Positions 63,224 to 64,000 of a stretch of 64,000 bases of DNA are shown here, in pieces; position 1 is the first letter of the stretch; the number at the start of each line of letters is the position of its first letter. The position numbers were made by a program, and so were the translations under genes. The notes under the pieces were generated by a model. That model was not told the DNA's origin and did not search any database. It saw only the letters and a program-made list of their open reading frames with translations. Source of the DNA: Selaginella moellendorffii. Its lineage: Eukaryota > Plantae > Lycopodiophyta. The DNA lies in assembly GCF_000143415.4 (NCBI RefSeq), contig NW_003314283.1:1478330-1542329 (forward strand), given 5' to 3'.

Positions 63224-63772
63224 CTACAAGAGACTTTACACGCCTAGACTTTAAATCGCTACTCATTTATAAATTTAACCCTAGTCATCATGCACACATT
63301 TAGAGATGGTTGATATTAACAATGGTTCTCCTGAGCCCTGTTTATAAAGGCATGATCACGTACAAATAAACTATGTAACTACTACAAATACTTTCTAGGT
63401 GCAGAATTTCACGCGCTTAACCGGAATGAAGCCACTGATCTTAGAAAGTGTTATCTCGGAAACAAGATAACGTACCTCGGCGTGGGAATGTTTTGACTAT
63501 TGAAACGCGGACCACGATTTAAACAATACAAAGTCATGAAAGGAAGCCTCGTATGAAACTTTTTGCGATGAGCTTCCTCGTTTGACAGCTGACAAAGAGA
63601 AAAACTCTGCTTCAACGCATAACATTTTACCAGTGTATTATAATTGTCAAGTAGAGCCTACCAACTTTGATCTCGCGCTCAAGAGACTTGTATTGTAAAA
63701 TCAGAGAAGACTGGAGCATAAAAACCCGAGCATTTGCTTCCCTTGGTATCTAAACACATTCATCGATCGATC

Positions 63773-64000
63773 ATGGAGGTGGCAATGTCGGGTGATTGTT
63801 TTTCCGAGAGTGGATCGATTCGTTTCGATGATGAAGAGGCTCTCAAGTGGGTTGCGTTGGAAAAGCTTCCAACCCACAATCGTCTCAGGACAGCACTCCT
63901 CCAAAATCTTGGGGAGAATGGGGGGCAGCAAATTACTTATCAGGATGTGAAGAAGCTCGGATCACAAGAAAAGAGGGGCCTCATCCAGAAGCTGCTGGGC
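63773..64000 (+). CDS. ABCG/PDR: Second PDR/ABCG paralog, first exon, runs off the window
   Basis: [47 protein letters not shown]... closely parallels the gene at 55187. Confidence 0.9.
   Translation, partial: MEVAMSGDCFSESGSIRFDDEEALKWVALEKLPTHNRLRTALLQNLGENGGQQITYQDVKKLGSQEKRGLIQKLLG

Overview
This is eukaryotic land-plant DNA. The very short introns (about 50-110 bp, several GC-AG) and plant-type genes suggest a compact lycophyte genome such as Selaginella, which is an inference. The main content is four intronless copies of one 521-aa ORF (14158-15723+, 30807-32372+, 35345-36910-, 53167-54732-) that all encode the same protein. The protein carries the full motif set of fungal Dit1/PvcA-family isocyanide (isonitrile) synthases. 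The copies form an amplicon: ~16.65-kb direct tandem units, then a 3.6-kb-arm palindrome, then an older diverged unit in inverted orientation. The last copy lies head-to-head, 454 bp apart, with an apparently intact full-size PDR/ABCG exporter, and a second PDR paralog starts at the window end. This looks like a candidate plant isocyanide biosynthesis and export locus built on a gene horizontally acquired from fungi. The spacers hold nested, decayed Ty3/Gypsy elements, including a full-length chromovirus with an inverted segment between its two LTRs and a 201-bp fold-back mini-element. They also hold a patatin-like pseudogene fragment. A frameshifted Uma2/PD-(D/E)XK-like gene lies between the two ABCG genes. 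All homology calls come from motif recognition by eye, and no searches were run.
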